From Utricularia gibba (taxonomy: Eukaryota; Plantae; Magnoliophyta): DNA of 64,000 nt. The position numbers and the translations under genes are program-made. Positions 11,793 to 22,584 of this stretch are shown piece after piece; positions within the stretch are counted from its first letter, which is position 1; every line of letters starts with the position of its first letter. The stretch spans positions 1,240,001-1,304,000 of the forward strand of contig NEEC01000015.1 in the NCBI GenBank assembly GCA_002189035.1. Reading direction: 5' to 3'. Under the pieces are notes generated by a model. That model did not search any database. It was not told the origin of the DNA and was given only the letters and a program-made list of their open reading frames with translations.

Positions 11793-14103
11793 TCAGACTC
11801 CGGCTGCGCCGACACCGAGCGCGGCTCGCCCATGCGGCTCCACCTTGCGACTCGCGTTTTTCCAGAAGCACAGGTCTGGCATCAGCTTAGCCGCGGCTGT
11901 TCTCATCGGCTCCGACTTGCACCTCGTCAGAACAAACCCTTCGTACCCGGTACCGTTCACCAGTTTCTGTTCGATGATGGATGCCATCGACGCCGCCGGC
12001 AGCGAGCAGGATGAACGTGCTGGCTGTTGGGGCCGGTGGGCGTCGCTCCTCTCAGGCAAGGGAGGGAGGATCTGGGAATTTGGTTTGGGCTTGGAGTCGA
12101 TGCTGGGCCTTCTCTTGACTGGCTCGCCGCCGTCTTTGGATGTCTTGGGTTGTTTCCGAGGTCGCTCCGGCAGCCACCGTATGAAATCTGTGCTGCAAAC
12201 CCATGTCTCCTTTGAAATCTCCATCGAGAGCTTCGGCTCGCACATCATCAACAGCAGGCATTCCGGTAAACGCGTGGCTTCTTTTCCCAGATCCGCGTTT
12301 ACATCTGCAAATTCTTGATTTTGAGGGTCGGGATCTCTGAGACTGTTACCTGATTGATGATTCTCGTCTTCCTTAACCTCGACGACATTCATCTCCTGCG
12401 CCTCCATTTCTGTCTGGGATTCTACGGCCTGTTGCCCCTCTTCTCCGATGGCATCCTGCAATTCACTCCGTTCCTGAGGATGCGCTTCTTCTTCTTCACT
12501 CCTGTCGATTACCCCTTCATCTGATTCGACTGCAGGCGATGAAACAGCCGTTGATGGATCATCTTCTGCTAGTACTTCGCCTTCAACGGGCGAATCTTCA
12601 CGATGGGCTGTGTTTTCTTGCTCCAGAAGTGCTTCGAATGAGGAAATATTAGACTCCACATCTTCATCTTTCTCAGCTTCTAAGAATGATTCCTCCTCAT
12701 TCCACTCAATTTGTTGCACCAACTCTTCATCCTCTTGAGCATTTTTTTCTGATTCCTCTTGCAATCCCTCCTCAGCAGTGCTTGCAGTGCATTCATCCTG
12801 AGAAGTTTCTGCTAGTTGCTCCTGGACAAGATCTTCATCAGCTGCTGCAAGTTCCTGTGGAAATTCCTCTTGGACCGTCTTCTCTTGAGTACTTGCTAGT
12901 GTTTCCTGTTGGACCCCCTCCTCCGTAGTGTTTGCTACCACTTCTTCAATCTCTTGGACCTTCATGTCCAAGTGGGCCTTCTCTGTTTCTTCTCCACATT
13001 CTTCTGAAACAGTGGTAGCTTCATTGCCATATGTACACTGCATTGTAACCTCTTGTTCCTCGTAGTTTGCGTCCTCCTCCTCAATGTCTACGAATCTGGG
13101 CGCCTCTGAATTGAAGCGATGCATAAGAGAAGCCATTTTCATGGGATCAGATCTGCATCTCATGAGCAAAAGAGCATTCTTTGGTGGAACGCAGATGCCC
13201 ATTGTTGCATCTTCTTCTTCTTGGCGCTGCCCTTTCACTTCGATTTTGTCATCCTTGACTTCAATATCCTCAAACACGTGCCTTCTCGAGCTTCTCAACG
13301 ACGCCGGCTCCGGCTCCGGCTCTTCTCCGCGGCTGTCGACTACAAGCTCAATATCCCTCCGCCTCCCACCTTCGCTGTTGTTTACCGGAACCAACCACCG
13401 TCCGAGGGCGGAGCCCCCGCAACCGCTTTCGTTCTGGTTAGATCCGGTTCGCCGCTGAGCCTTTTGTCGTTCACACGTTGAAAAGCAAGAATTTTTACAG
13501 GGGAAAAAGCAAGTGATGTCGTCGCCGAATCCCCTAAAAGTCTCGCAAATTGAAACCGGAAGATGGACCCATCTCTGATTCCGGTGAGGTGAGCATTCCG
13601 CCGCCGAACAACCGAAACCCCTCTGCGTCTGAAATGAACCGGCGTCTTCTCCCCTGCGGTACTCCCTTGCTCCACTTTTCGAAAACTAACATCCGCACTC
13701 CGCCTCCTTGAAAGGCTCCGTGTTTGCTTCTTCCCCTTCTTCTTCGTCTTCACTCTCACCTGCCCAATACACGTGACCTTCGGAGAAGACGGCTCAGGAT
13801 TCTCAAACGAACACCCCTTTTCCTCCCCGTCGCAGAGTAAAAAGGCGACCTTTTCATACTACCGTTGGTGCGGAGGCGCCGGCTGAGGGACGGCGTGAGA
13901 GTCACCGGCGCTGACACCTCGCGCGCTGTACGGCCCGGACTGAGAATCGATTTTGAGAGTTTCATGGAAGAAGAAGACGAAGAGAGACGAGATGGGAAGC
14001 AAATGAAAAGCTCGCTAGTAGGCGCAGCAGGGGCGCTGGTGGTGCTACTGCTCCCAATGCTCGTGGTGCGAAAATGTGGCCGCTCCACGTCCATATCACC
14101 CAC
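11793..14103 (-). CDS. HCF243: HCF243-like protein; as assembled it is broken by two 1-nt frameshifts (13814-13817 and about 13651-13654)
   Basis: ELFICFPSRLSSSSSSMKLSKSILSPGR...SLSRRLRTNGSMK; next frame FENPEPSSPKVTCIGQVRVKTKKK; third frame ECSPHRNQRWVHLPVSICE, KNALLLMRCRSDP, an acidic region, LPECLLLMMCEPKLSMEISKETWVCSTDFIRW, LTRCKSEP, GVGAAGV*. No introns are needed. The symbol is from recollection of the Arabidopsis protein. Confidence 0.75.
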
Positions 14104-16220
14104 CTGGATGTGATTTCTTGTTTCACCGGTGGTGAAATTTCAGGGTACCAAGTTGATGACGAAGAAGATGAGAGGAAAATGAGTAAAGGGTGAAGCTTTT
14201 CTGCTTCTTCTAACCTACAGTGCCTCAGAAGGAGTCGCGTGGGAGCAGCCTGGAGTTTAACAAGAGATGGACAAAAAAAAAAAAGTGGTCCTCTGATCCA
14301 CAGGCCCACACTCCCACACATGTCATGAATGGTAAAATGGAGTTAAAAAAAACAGGTAAAAAAATGAGACAATTTTGGTAAAAAAAAAAACTAAAAAATC
14401 ACATTCTTTATTTCCATAAAAATTGTGCTTTTAAAATCACATGTCATAATAATTAATTATATTAACAAATTGAACATATGATTTTAAAATAAATTATATT
14501 TTTATTTAATATCAATTCCAAAAAATGTTACAATTTTTGAAAATTAAATATTAACATTTTTTACAAAACAATACTTTTAATATTAGAATTAGTACTAAAA
14601 ACAATCATCACAATAATATCGAATTAAGTGATTTTTTTTAAAAATATGGAGGAAAAAAAGATTAATACAGTCTTTGGTAATCATTTCGCATGGCCCACTC
14701 TTTGACCGCATGGCAGGAGCCTTCATTAAATTGCACAATTAATTAATTTCTGAAAAATAAAAGGTTAATTAATTTAGAGCTGTGCTTGTTGTTACAATTC
14801 ATATCAAATACTAATAAATTAAATTTAAAATAAAAATATTGATGAGGCATTTATCCCCATGTTGTTAAAATAATATAATTAATATTAAAAGCTAGTGACA
14901 TTGACCGGGAACAAGAAAAGGGCTCAAAAAGCCAACAATGAATAGCACCCGGGGGACGGGTCCCGGGCATCGGGATTGTGATGTGTTTGGATCGGGTTGT
15001 TATGCCAAGTGGGCCTCTCGTTGAATGGACTCTCCCACGTTCACTTTGTTCCATTTCTTCTTTGAAATAACTACACATATTTTGAATCGTGAATTATCCA
15101 TTTTAAAATAAAGAAAAATGAATTATCACGATTCAGTTATATATTTTTTATTATTTTTGAAGAAAATGTATTAAAACTCTTTAAAAAAAACAAATGATTT
15201 CAATTACGATTTAAATCGCGATTGAACGCTTAAAACCGCAAATTATTTGTGAAAACAATTTATGATTTCTTTTACATTTTCAAACAAGGCAAGTAAAATG
15301 TATTTTAGTAATAAGTTATTAGTATGTCTAAGTATAACGTAATTATGTATATATATATTCAATTGTATATAACGTTTAATATTGTAGAATAGAAATCTAA
15401 ATATATAAATAGTATAGATATAATTAACATTTTCTTTCATTTCTATTTATATACACTAATTACATACTCAAAAAATAAGTATTTAAGTGATATAGTTATA
15501 CAAAATTGATATATATATATATATATATGTTAATTAATCAAACAGTTTACATGTAAATTTGAATATAAATATTTTATAATATACTATTAAACATACTTTA
15601 ATCATGTGTTGCTTATGATAGTTTAATTAATAATTTATTTAAATTATTCGTATTTACATAAATGTATATTATTTAAATAGGGGAGTAATTTACGGAGGAA
15701 AGTGTAGTGCTCCACAACGCTCCACGGGCTTTCACGTGCACCCCATATCACCAAATCTCAGAAAAAAAGAAAGAAATAGGACAAGATAAGATATTCCCGC
15801 CTTTCTCGCGCAGACAAAGATGCCTCTTCAGTCTTCTTTTCTTTTTATGTAATAATTGAAAATATTATTACACGCCGGTTTAACCGGCCGGTCCGATCGC
15901 GGTCTATACACAAGGAATGAGCATGTGAATGTGATGCGGCCCCTCCGGCTGAACTGGGCACCACTCTGGCGCCCATGTATTGATGGGCGTCAGACGTGGT
16001 GCCCAAAACGGTGGCCACGATACTCTCGGGATGATCTGATTTGGGGGTGCCTTGATATAATTCAATACTTCTGGTGTGTTTCTGTTAAGATGAAAATTTT
16101 AGGGGCAGAAAGTGTATTTATAAGGTATTTGGGAGCAAATTATAAAATGAAAAAATGTGGGGGCGTAGTTTGATTTGAGGGGAAAAGGTGGGCCATGAGA
16201 AGAATAGAAAGCGCGTTGGG

Positions 16221-16281
16221 GTGACGTCGCCATTTCTATATAAAAGAGGTTTGAATATGAGCCGTTGGATTAGTGACGTGG
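16221..16281 (+). promoter_or_regulatory. Likely core promoter of the SPEAR-like gene (TATA with flanking TGACG motifs)
   Basis: TATATAAAA at 16237-16245, with GTGACGTC just upstream and GTGACGTGG just downstream; about 520 nt before the ATG. Confidence 0.45.
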
Positions 16282-16768
16282 GCGAATCTAACAGAATGTG
16301 GAAGAAAATTTACCACTGTAATAAAACCAGCCACGCGTTCTAGTGTAATAAAATCTGAAGCGAGCAACATGAGGAGTGTGAGTGAGTTTTTTATGGATGG
16401 AAAAACGAGAATTTAGGCGACGAATTGGAATCAGAAGGAAATGGCAAGCCGATGCAATAGGATGGTTTAGATTCCCCATTCATTTTTCTGTATCTTCGTT
16501 GATGGGTTGGTTCTTTTTACGTGTGCTTGTTGGCGTGTGAATCGAGCTGCTGACTGTCGTTTTGTAATTTATTAGGTCAATATTCTTGGTTCTTTTGGAA
16601 ACCTGGGGCATTTCCAGCGAAGTTAGATTTGCTGTTTTCAGAAGAAGAATATGTGTGTATGGTGAGGATTTGGGGTATTACTTCCCTTAATGTAATTGCT
16701 TGTTGCCCTGTACTTCAGATCTTGTAATTTACAAGGTTTTTTTGGAATGCTAACGATGTGTTTGTAGA

Positions 16769-18091
16769 ATGGCCCGTGAGGAGCGGATTCTGAGTAACAA
16801 TGGCAGTGCCGCTGTTTCCGGTGGGTTTGGTGCTTTGAGATCACGAAGCTCTAAGCAGAAAAAAGCGCCTCAGAGGGGATTGGGGGTCGCTCAGCTGGAG
16901 AAGATCATAGTGGAGGAGCGATGGAAAATGGAGGCTTTGCAATCTGCAAATGCTTTTGCTGATAATTATGCCCCTGATCCTGCCGAAAGTTTAACTCTTC
17001 GATCCCCAAATGTGTCTCCTTTGTCACCATCATCGACGAATTTGTGCATACCTCAGGTCCATGTTATGAATCACGAAACCAGCCTGCAATCGCCTGCCAG
17101 TGGCGATCGGCATGGACTATGGCATTCGCAAGTGAATTTTAAAAGTGTGCCTGAGAGATCAGGCCATTTTCAGAGGTGTTCTTCGATGGTTGGTGAAGTA
17201 GCTTACGAACATGTATTGTTTATGAATAGATCTGTACGGTCATGATGGTATATTTGCAGGTGAATGTAGCAGCAGCTCCTGTGATCTCACCATCACCAGT
17301 AATCTGCTTCAAGTTAGAGCCCCCTTCAAACCAAATCCTTCATGGAAACTTGACAGTACAAGATACTAAGGTTTGACAGTCTTTTAAGAGGGTTGTTTCA
17401 TCAAAAAAAAAAAAAAAAAAAAAAAAGCTTTTAGGTACTTTACCTCATTGGCTTCATGATGAACTTGTTATTTTACGAATGTCTCATACAGACAAATTTT
17501 TCTCTTTTTATCCTTAACGAGAACAGATGGCTAGCATGAAAAAGAGGTCCTTTTCCTGTTTACATGGGAGCTGTGTAGACGCCAGCAAGTATCCGAATGC
17601 AAGTAAATCGAGATTGGATGAATCTTTACCGTCATGTAGCGGCACAAGGCGGTTGATACTTAAACAAGGGAGGACTTTCACCAGGTGCGTTGCGTTCTAC
17701 ATGCCAATGTCATACTCTGTTTCCTCAGAAGAATCTCATAAGTGCTTCCTTCAGTAATGGTCCAGGGCTAAATGGCGATTTTCTCACGCTTGCTCCTCCA
17801 GAAGCTGCTTTTCCTGATCCAGACTCTACCCAGAAGAAGCCTTTGGCGATGAATGCTGATATTACGCACTTGAAATCCTTGCCATGCCAGGTGCAGCCAG
17901 CAACGACTTCGAACTAAATTGATCATATGAATATGTAACTAACTTGTGTTTGATAATTATAGGAAAATCCCGAGAGCAGGAAGGAAGTGCCTCTCGGGTT
18001 CTTCCCAATCAGCCCTGGAGCCAGCCCGTCTAGCAACAGCATCGACAACGGCGAAAATGGTGAATCGATCGACCTCAATCTCACGCTTTAG
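16769..18091 (+). CDS. SPOROCYTELESS-like EAR-motif transcriptional repressor (SPEAR/TIE family), about 5 exons
   Basis: SPL motif KKAPQRGLGVAQLEKI, internal EPPSNQ, GDFLTLAPP and GFFP, and a terminal EAR motif SIDLNLTL* (TAG 18089-18091). Exons are bounded by GT-AG. Confidence 0.85.
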
Positions 18092-18238
18092 AATCCTTCT
18101 CTGTTCATGCATTTTTCTAAGGTCGTGTGCTTGGCTTGTGATGATGATGAAACAATTCATTTTTCCAGACTTGGATCTTGTTTATTGTAGTTACGTTCTC
18201 GTAAACTGAGCTTAGTAAAACAGTAATAGTACTGCTAT

Positions 18239-18628
18239 TTAAAAGAACAAAAGGGTTGAAGTAAAGAGCACTACACCGGTGAGGTGCCGCTGCCACTGCC
18301 ACGTAGTTTGAACCGCCGCTGCGTAAGGATAATAAAAAGGGGTCGTGGGAGGAGGGTAATATTGACGGCCTCCCCCTCCGCCGTAGCTACAGCAGGCGGG
18401 CTGAGTTCCCGGAGGGCAGTTCAGTTGGCCGGCGAAAGGAACTGGTGGTGGCGGTGGCGGATACTGCGGAAGTGGGCAGTTATCACTACACAGTGGAGGA
18501 GGAGGTGGAGGAGGAGGAGGGGTTCCGGCGACAGAGTCCCAATTTTCTGCAGTGCTGAGTGCTTTAGCCGCAGTGAATAAAAGAAGGGTGGCTGAGAAGG
18601 AAAACCAGAAGCTTGAAGAGGACCACAT
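18239..18628 (-). CDS. Small secreted Pro/Cys-rich (extensin-like) protein, possibly GPI-anchored
   Basis: Intronless ORF from ATG 18628: hydrophobic signal peptide (FWFSFSATLLLFTAAKA), poly-Pro blocks with Cys (LCSDNCP, NCPPGTQPACCSY), YYPPP/YYPY and a hydrophobic C-terminus (LTGVVLFTSTLLFF*). Confidence 0.72.
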   Translation of the reverse strand: MWSSSSFWFSFSATLLLFTAAKALSTAENWDSVAGTPPPPPPPPPLCSDNCPLPQYPPPPPPVPFAGQLNCPPGTQPACCSYGGGGGRQYYPPPTTPFYYPYAAAVQTTWQWQRHLTGVVLFTSTLLFF

Positions 18629-18881
18629 GGTTACACTTGCGGCAGAGTTGATCAAAATCTGTCAACCGGCGGTATATTAAGGAACAAATGCGGTATACCT
18701 CACTTTTCATCTTAGCCTATACACTCGACACATTTCATTCTGCCGTGGCCTTTTAGCGGTTGCTTCCATCCTCTAGTTTTTACAACAAAAAGTAGAATTA
18801 AAAAAATGGGGCAGCACCCTATTTATCATTTCATGACAGGACTCTATCATCAGGATCTGCGAGTTGATGATCACGATACAC

Positions 18882-18994
18882 CAGCTGTCGTCCTACGCTT
18901 AGCAGATTGTATGAGGCTTCTGGAACAAAGTAGACATTTTCTGATGGTGAGTGATCTTCCCTGTTTCAGCAGGTAACACAATATCTATGTAACC
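18882..18994 (-). mobile_element. Degenerate Ty1/copia polyprotein relic (region just after the protease)
   Basis: Across frameshifts the minus strand reads GYIDIVLPAETGKI...LTIR-NVYFVPEASYNLLSVGRQL, resembling the copia consensus L.l.nV.yVP.l..NLLSV..L. No LTRs or other domains were seen. Confidence 0.5.
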
Positions 18995-19603
18995 GTAATC
19001 TATGAAAAATTTCCATGTGCTATCTCAATTTTTTTGCTGTCTGTGTAGCTTTGTAGTAGAGATGAAGAGGGGGCCGTCTTTCCTTATGTGGTTACTTCAC
19101 CACTGCCAAAGAGCCAACTGCCGCTCAACTGTTCTTGTAAAGCTTCACACCATCACTTTTTATGAGGTGGGCTGAATGATACAAGGAAAAGGTGCGGTTT
19201 CATTCAGTCATTGAACAATTCGATTGATAGGGTATTTTTATATGCTCTTAAACCCGTTTAACAAGGCTACAGATGCCACTAGCACAGAGAATGATTAGGC
19301 ACCACAGCCTGAAGAATCAGATTCGTTGTTAGAAATGCTCTGTAGTATTATTAGAATGAGCTAAAAATTATAACGATCTTCTCCAAAGTGAAATCCATTC
19401 CATGCCAAAGAACACAAAAAATCAAACTTGTGCTGTTGTCGAGTATGGTAGCCAGCCAAGTGCTGTATATCTTCATGCATGTACAAAGGGGTATGCAGTT
19501 GATACCCTTATGATTCTATATGTCTTGATTTGTTATTAATAAAATGGAGCATGAGGTGGGTTGAGTATTTCTGTATGGGTTCTGTTGGCAATTTTCTGAG
19601 TAT

Positions 19604-21959
19604 CTAAATGCAGCAATCACTCACAGATGACTCCAGCATCTCTTGGCTGGGGCACAGCAGTTCCTTTACTCTCCTTCCCTGTCTGTATATTATGAATGTT
19701 GGTACTACTCTTACATTCTCAGCTCTAGCTATTTCCAAAGCACCATCAATGTCCACCTTCATCAACATACAATCAATTACCCCTCAAAGACAATCTTGTC
19801 TTCCTGCAAGATGCTTTGGGAAGGACAGATTGCTTACCTCCATGAAGTTAAGAGATGGGTAGTTGGTGCGTAAAGTGTTGAAAAAGGGAGACATTTGCTC
19901 GCATTCTACGTTGGAGGGCGTTCTGAAATGGATCACAGAAACACCTGCATACACAACCAGCTCCTAGTATCATCCATGGCGACAAAAGAATGAAAACCGA
20001 TGCATCAAATGCCTACCAGAGGAGCAAATTGCTGCTTTGAACTGCTCAAGATACGTTACAGACACCAGTCCCTGTAATTTGAGCTTCTGTACATCTTCCC
20101 CTGTTTCGGATTTCTCCAATTGCTCATGTGCTTCATAAAGTGATGCGGCAATCTCATTGTCACATGGAAAATCTCTTGCCAAGACCTCGTAGTCATTCAC
20201 AGCATCCCTCCAACGTCTCATCTACGCAGAATGAATGATACTGACTTCAAGTTTGCATAACACATGTCGCGGATAACAGATCAATGTACCTGGAAGTATG
20301 CCGCAGCTCTGCGAAGCAAAGCCTTTGTGTATCCGGGATTGATGCGAAGCGCTTGGTTGCAATCTTCGATCGCCGTTTCCCATTTTCGGAGCTTATACCA
20401 GCAAGCTGCTCTGTTGCAGTAAAGAACAGAGTTCGTGGGATTGACACGGAGGCCTTCACTGTAGGCTGTACATGCCTCTGTTAGCCTATCCGACTTGAAC
20501 AGACTGTTGCCACGAGAACGTGCGCGAGCCACCAGCTTCACATTTTTGAGGGAAGTTGAGATTTCAGCACTGCGAGGATCCCTTTGTGCAGCTTCCTCTA
20601 CATTCTTAACTGCATCATCAAACCTGCGTATGTTGGTCATATTCGTAATGTGGTCTGAAGGGAAAGCAGCATGGCATGGGATGTGTTGGTGACTCACTTT
20701 CCCTTGCCCAGTTCAATCTGGCTTCTTACTAAGAAGGTGTAAGCATCTGAATGCATTCCGAATATCGTTGAGCTTGCCGGCGACGGAGGGGCATCGATTT
20801 TCAACAGCATTGAGACGGCATCGTCTAGTTCAAAAAGCTTGAACTTGGCTTCTGCTCTACACGCAAAAAACTGGAAATGGACATAACTTTTGTATGGCAA
20901 TTGGTTTTAAATCATCACCTTTCACTGTTTGATTCAACTTTGTAGTGCAGCCGGAAGTCATAAAACTGTTCAAAGTAAGCTGCAAAAGAGCAAGCATTGC
21001 GTACCTGAGGTGAAGCATCTGCTCCGGCGGCAGCTGCGGCATCCATTTCTCTCAGTACCTTTCTCCAATCACCAAGCCTACGTGCACCACTACACTCACT
21101 CAGATGCTGTTTCAGACGGTTCAATGTATCCAAATCTTTCGTATTCGGGTTATGTACACCGAAGCAAATGTGCCTCCTCGCGTTCTCAAGCTGCCCCAGT
21201 CTGCAGCTCCTGAAATCATTACATGAAACAGAAACTTTTCAACAAACAGAAGCAGCTAGCTCACCTAAGAAGCAGAGACCCGAGTCTATGATGAGCTCTA
21301 ACATATTCCTGATCCAAGGCGATGGCGTTTTCACATTCCTGGGCAGCTTCAGAAACTCTGTTTATACATATTAAAGCTGCAGACCGGTTGAAACGCAAGG
21401 TGGGATCACTTGGAGACAAAGCAATGGCCTTATCATAAAACTTCAAAGCTTCAGCAAAATAACCCTTTGTGTAATATTGATTCCCCTGTTTCCTGAACTC
21501 CTCTGCATCTCTCTCCCGGAGTACATCACCAGCTCTTGGTCCAAGTTCTAGACTGGGTTTCTGTGAAAAATTACGCGGAACTATTGAACCATCCCCGTAG
21601 GATGAGGTACCAGATAGCAGAACACCAGGCCTCGATGGCTGATTCATGATCGCGGATTCAGGAATCCGCCCCGACGGGATAATGTTGCCGAACGTTGGAA
21701 AGTTGATAGAGCGACAATGAAAATTGGCCCCTGCTTTAATAGCTTGCAATCTTCTTGGAAGATCGATATTGGATTCGCCGGAAACTGAGTCACAAGAACT
21801 GGAGCGGCTACTCGTAGTGGTGGAACTGGAAACGAATCCTCCACTGGTTCGAAACTGAAATGGTGAAATGGGTGAACCCGGATTGCTCTTCAGAATGTTC
21901 TTCAACCTATCAGATGAAGAACGTAAATCCGAATCCGGGTTTGGCTTCTCAAAAGACAT
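19604..21959 (-). CDS. TTL: TPR-repeat thioredoxin-like protein (TTL family), multi-exon
   Basis: TPR blocks EEFRKQGNQYYTKGYFAEALKFYDKAIALSP and ARARSRGNSLFKSDRLTEACTAYSEGL...LYCNRAACW. C-terminal TRX-like exons VSVIHFRTPSNVECEQMSPFF and VDIDGALEIARAENVRVVPTFIIYRQGRRVKELLCPSQEMLESSV. The junctions I traced are in frame. Confidence 0.9.
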
Positions 21960-22442
21960 TTTCACTAAAACACTGAAGGGGTGATGGGAACTTCAGTCTC
22001 CGGAGAGAAGATGAGACTGTATTGCAGAAATGGGTGAAATGTGAATCATGAATCACACATTGCTGCAAAGTTGCATGATCCTCTGAATTCTGGTTCTGAT
22101 CTATCTGATTACAAAGTTATCGCCTTTGTATGAGGAATAATGCATTACAATGACAGTATCTCTAGTTTTTGGTCGTCTTCCCAAAAGAAAGAAGAGGAGC
22201 AGAAGCAACTGACACTGCTTTTTCTGTCATCCCTCCATTACTGCCTGCATCATGCTTTTTTGCCCAAAAATTTACAATCTTTATTGCAGAGGTGAAAAAG
22301 ATTGGATTTTGATGATCGGGAAGAGAGGGATCGTCTATTTCGGTTGAAAATGTCGCTTCAAGATGTGGTTTGCGAAACAGTTGTATTTCCATTACATTTT
22401 TTAATGAAAAAATAGAGTAAAAACCTTTCAATTGCTTACTGG

Positions 22443-22516
22443 GTCGGGCCCATCAAGCATTGGGTATGATCTGGGCCGATGGATGGTAGCCCATATGAGG
22501 AATATGGGCTTTGGGC
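22443..22516. promoter_or_regulatory. Site II element cluster in the divergent TTL / 591-aa gene spacer
   Basis: GGGCCCA, TGGGCC, AGCCCA and TGGGCT motifs within about 75 bp, between ATG codons at 21959 (-) and 22585 (+). Confidence 0.55.
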
Positions 22517-22584
22517 ATATGAGAATACGGCCTGTGCTTATTACATGGTGTTCGGATTCTATCTGAACGCGGAAATGCAGGGCA

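Noticed and set aside
15082-15136. 10-bp inverted repeat TGAATCGTGA/TCACGATTCA
   Set aside because: Isolated, with no TSD or element boundaries.
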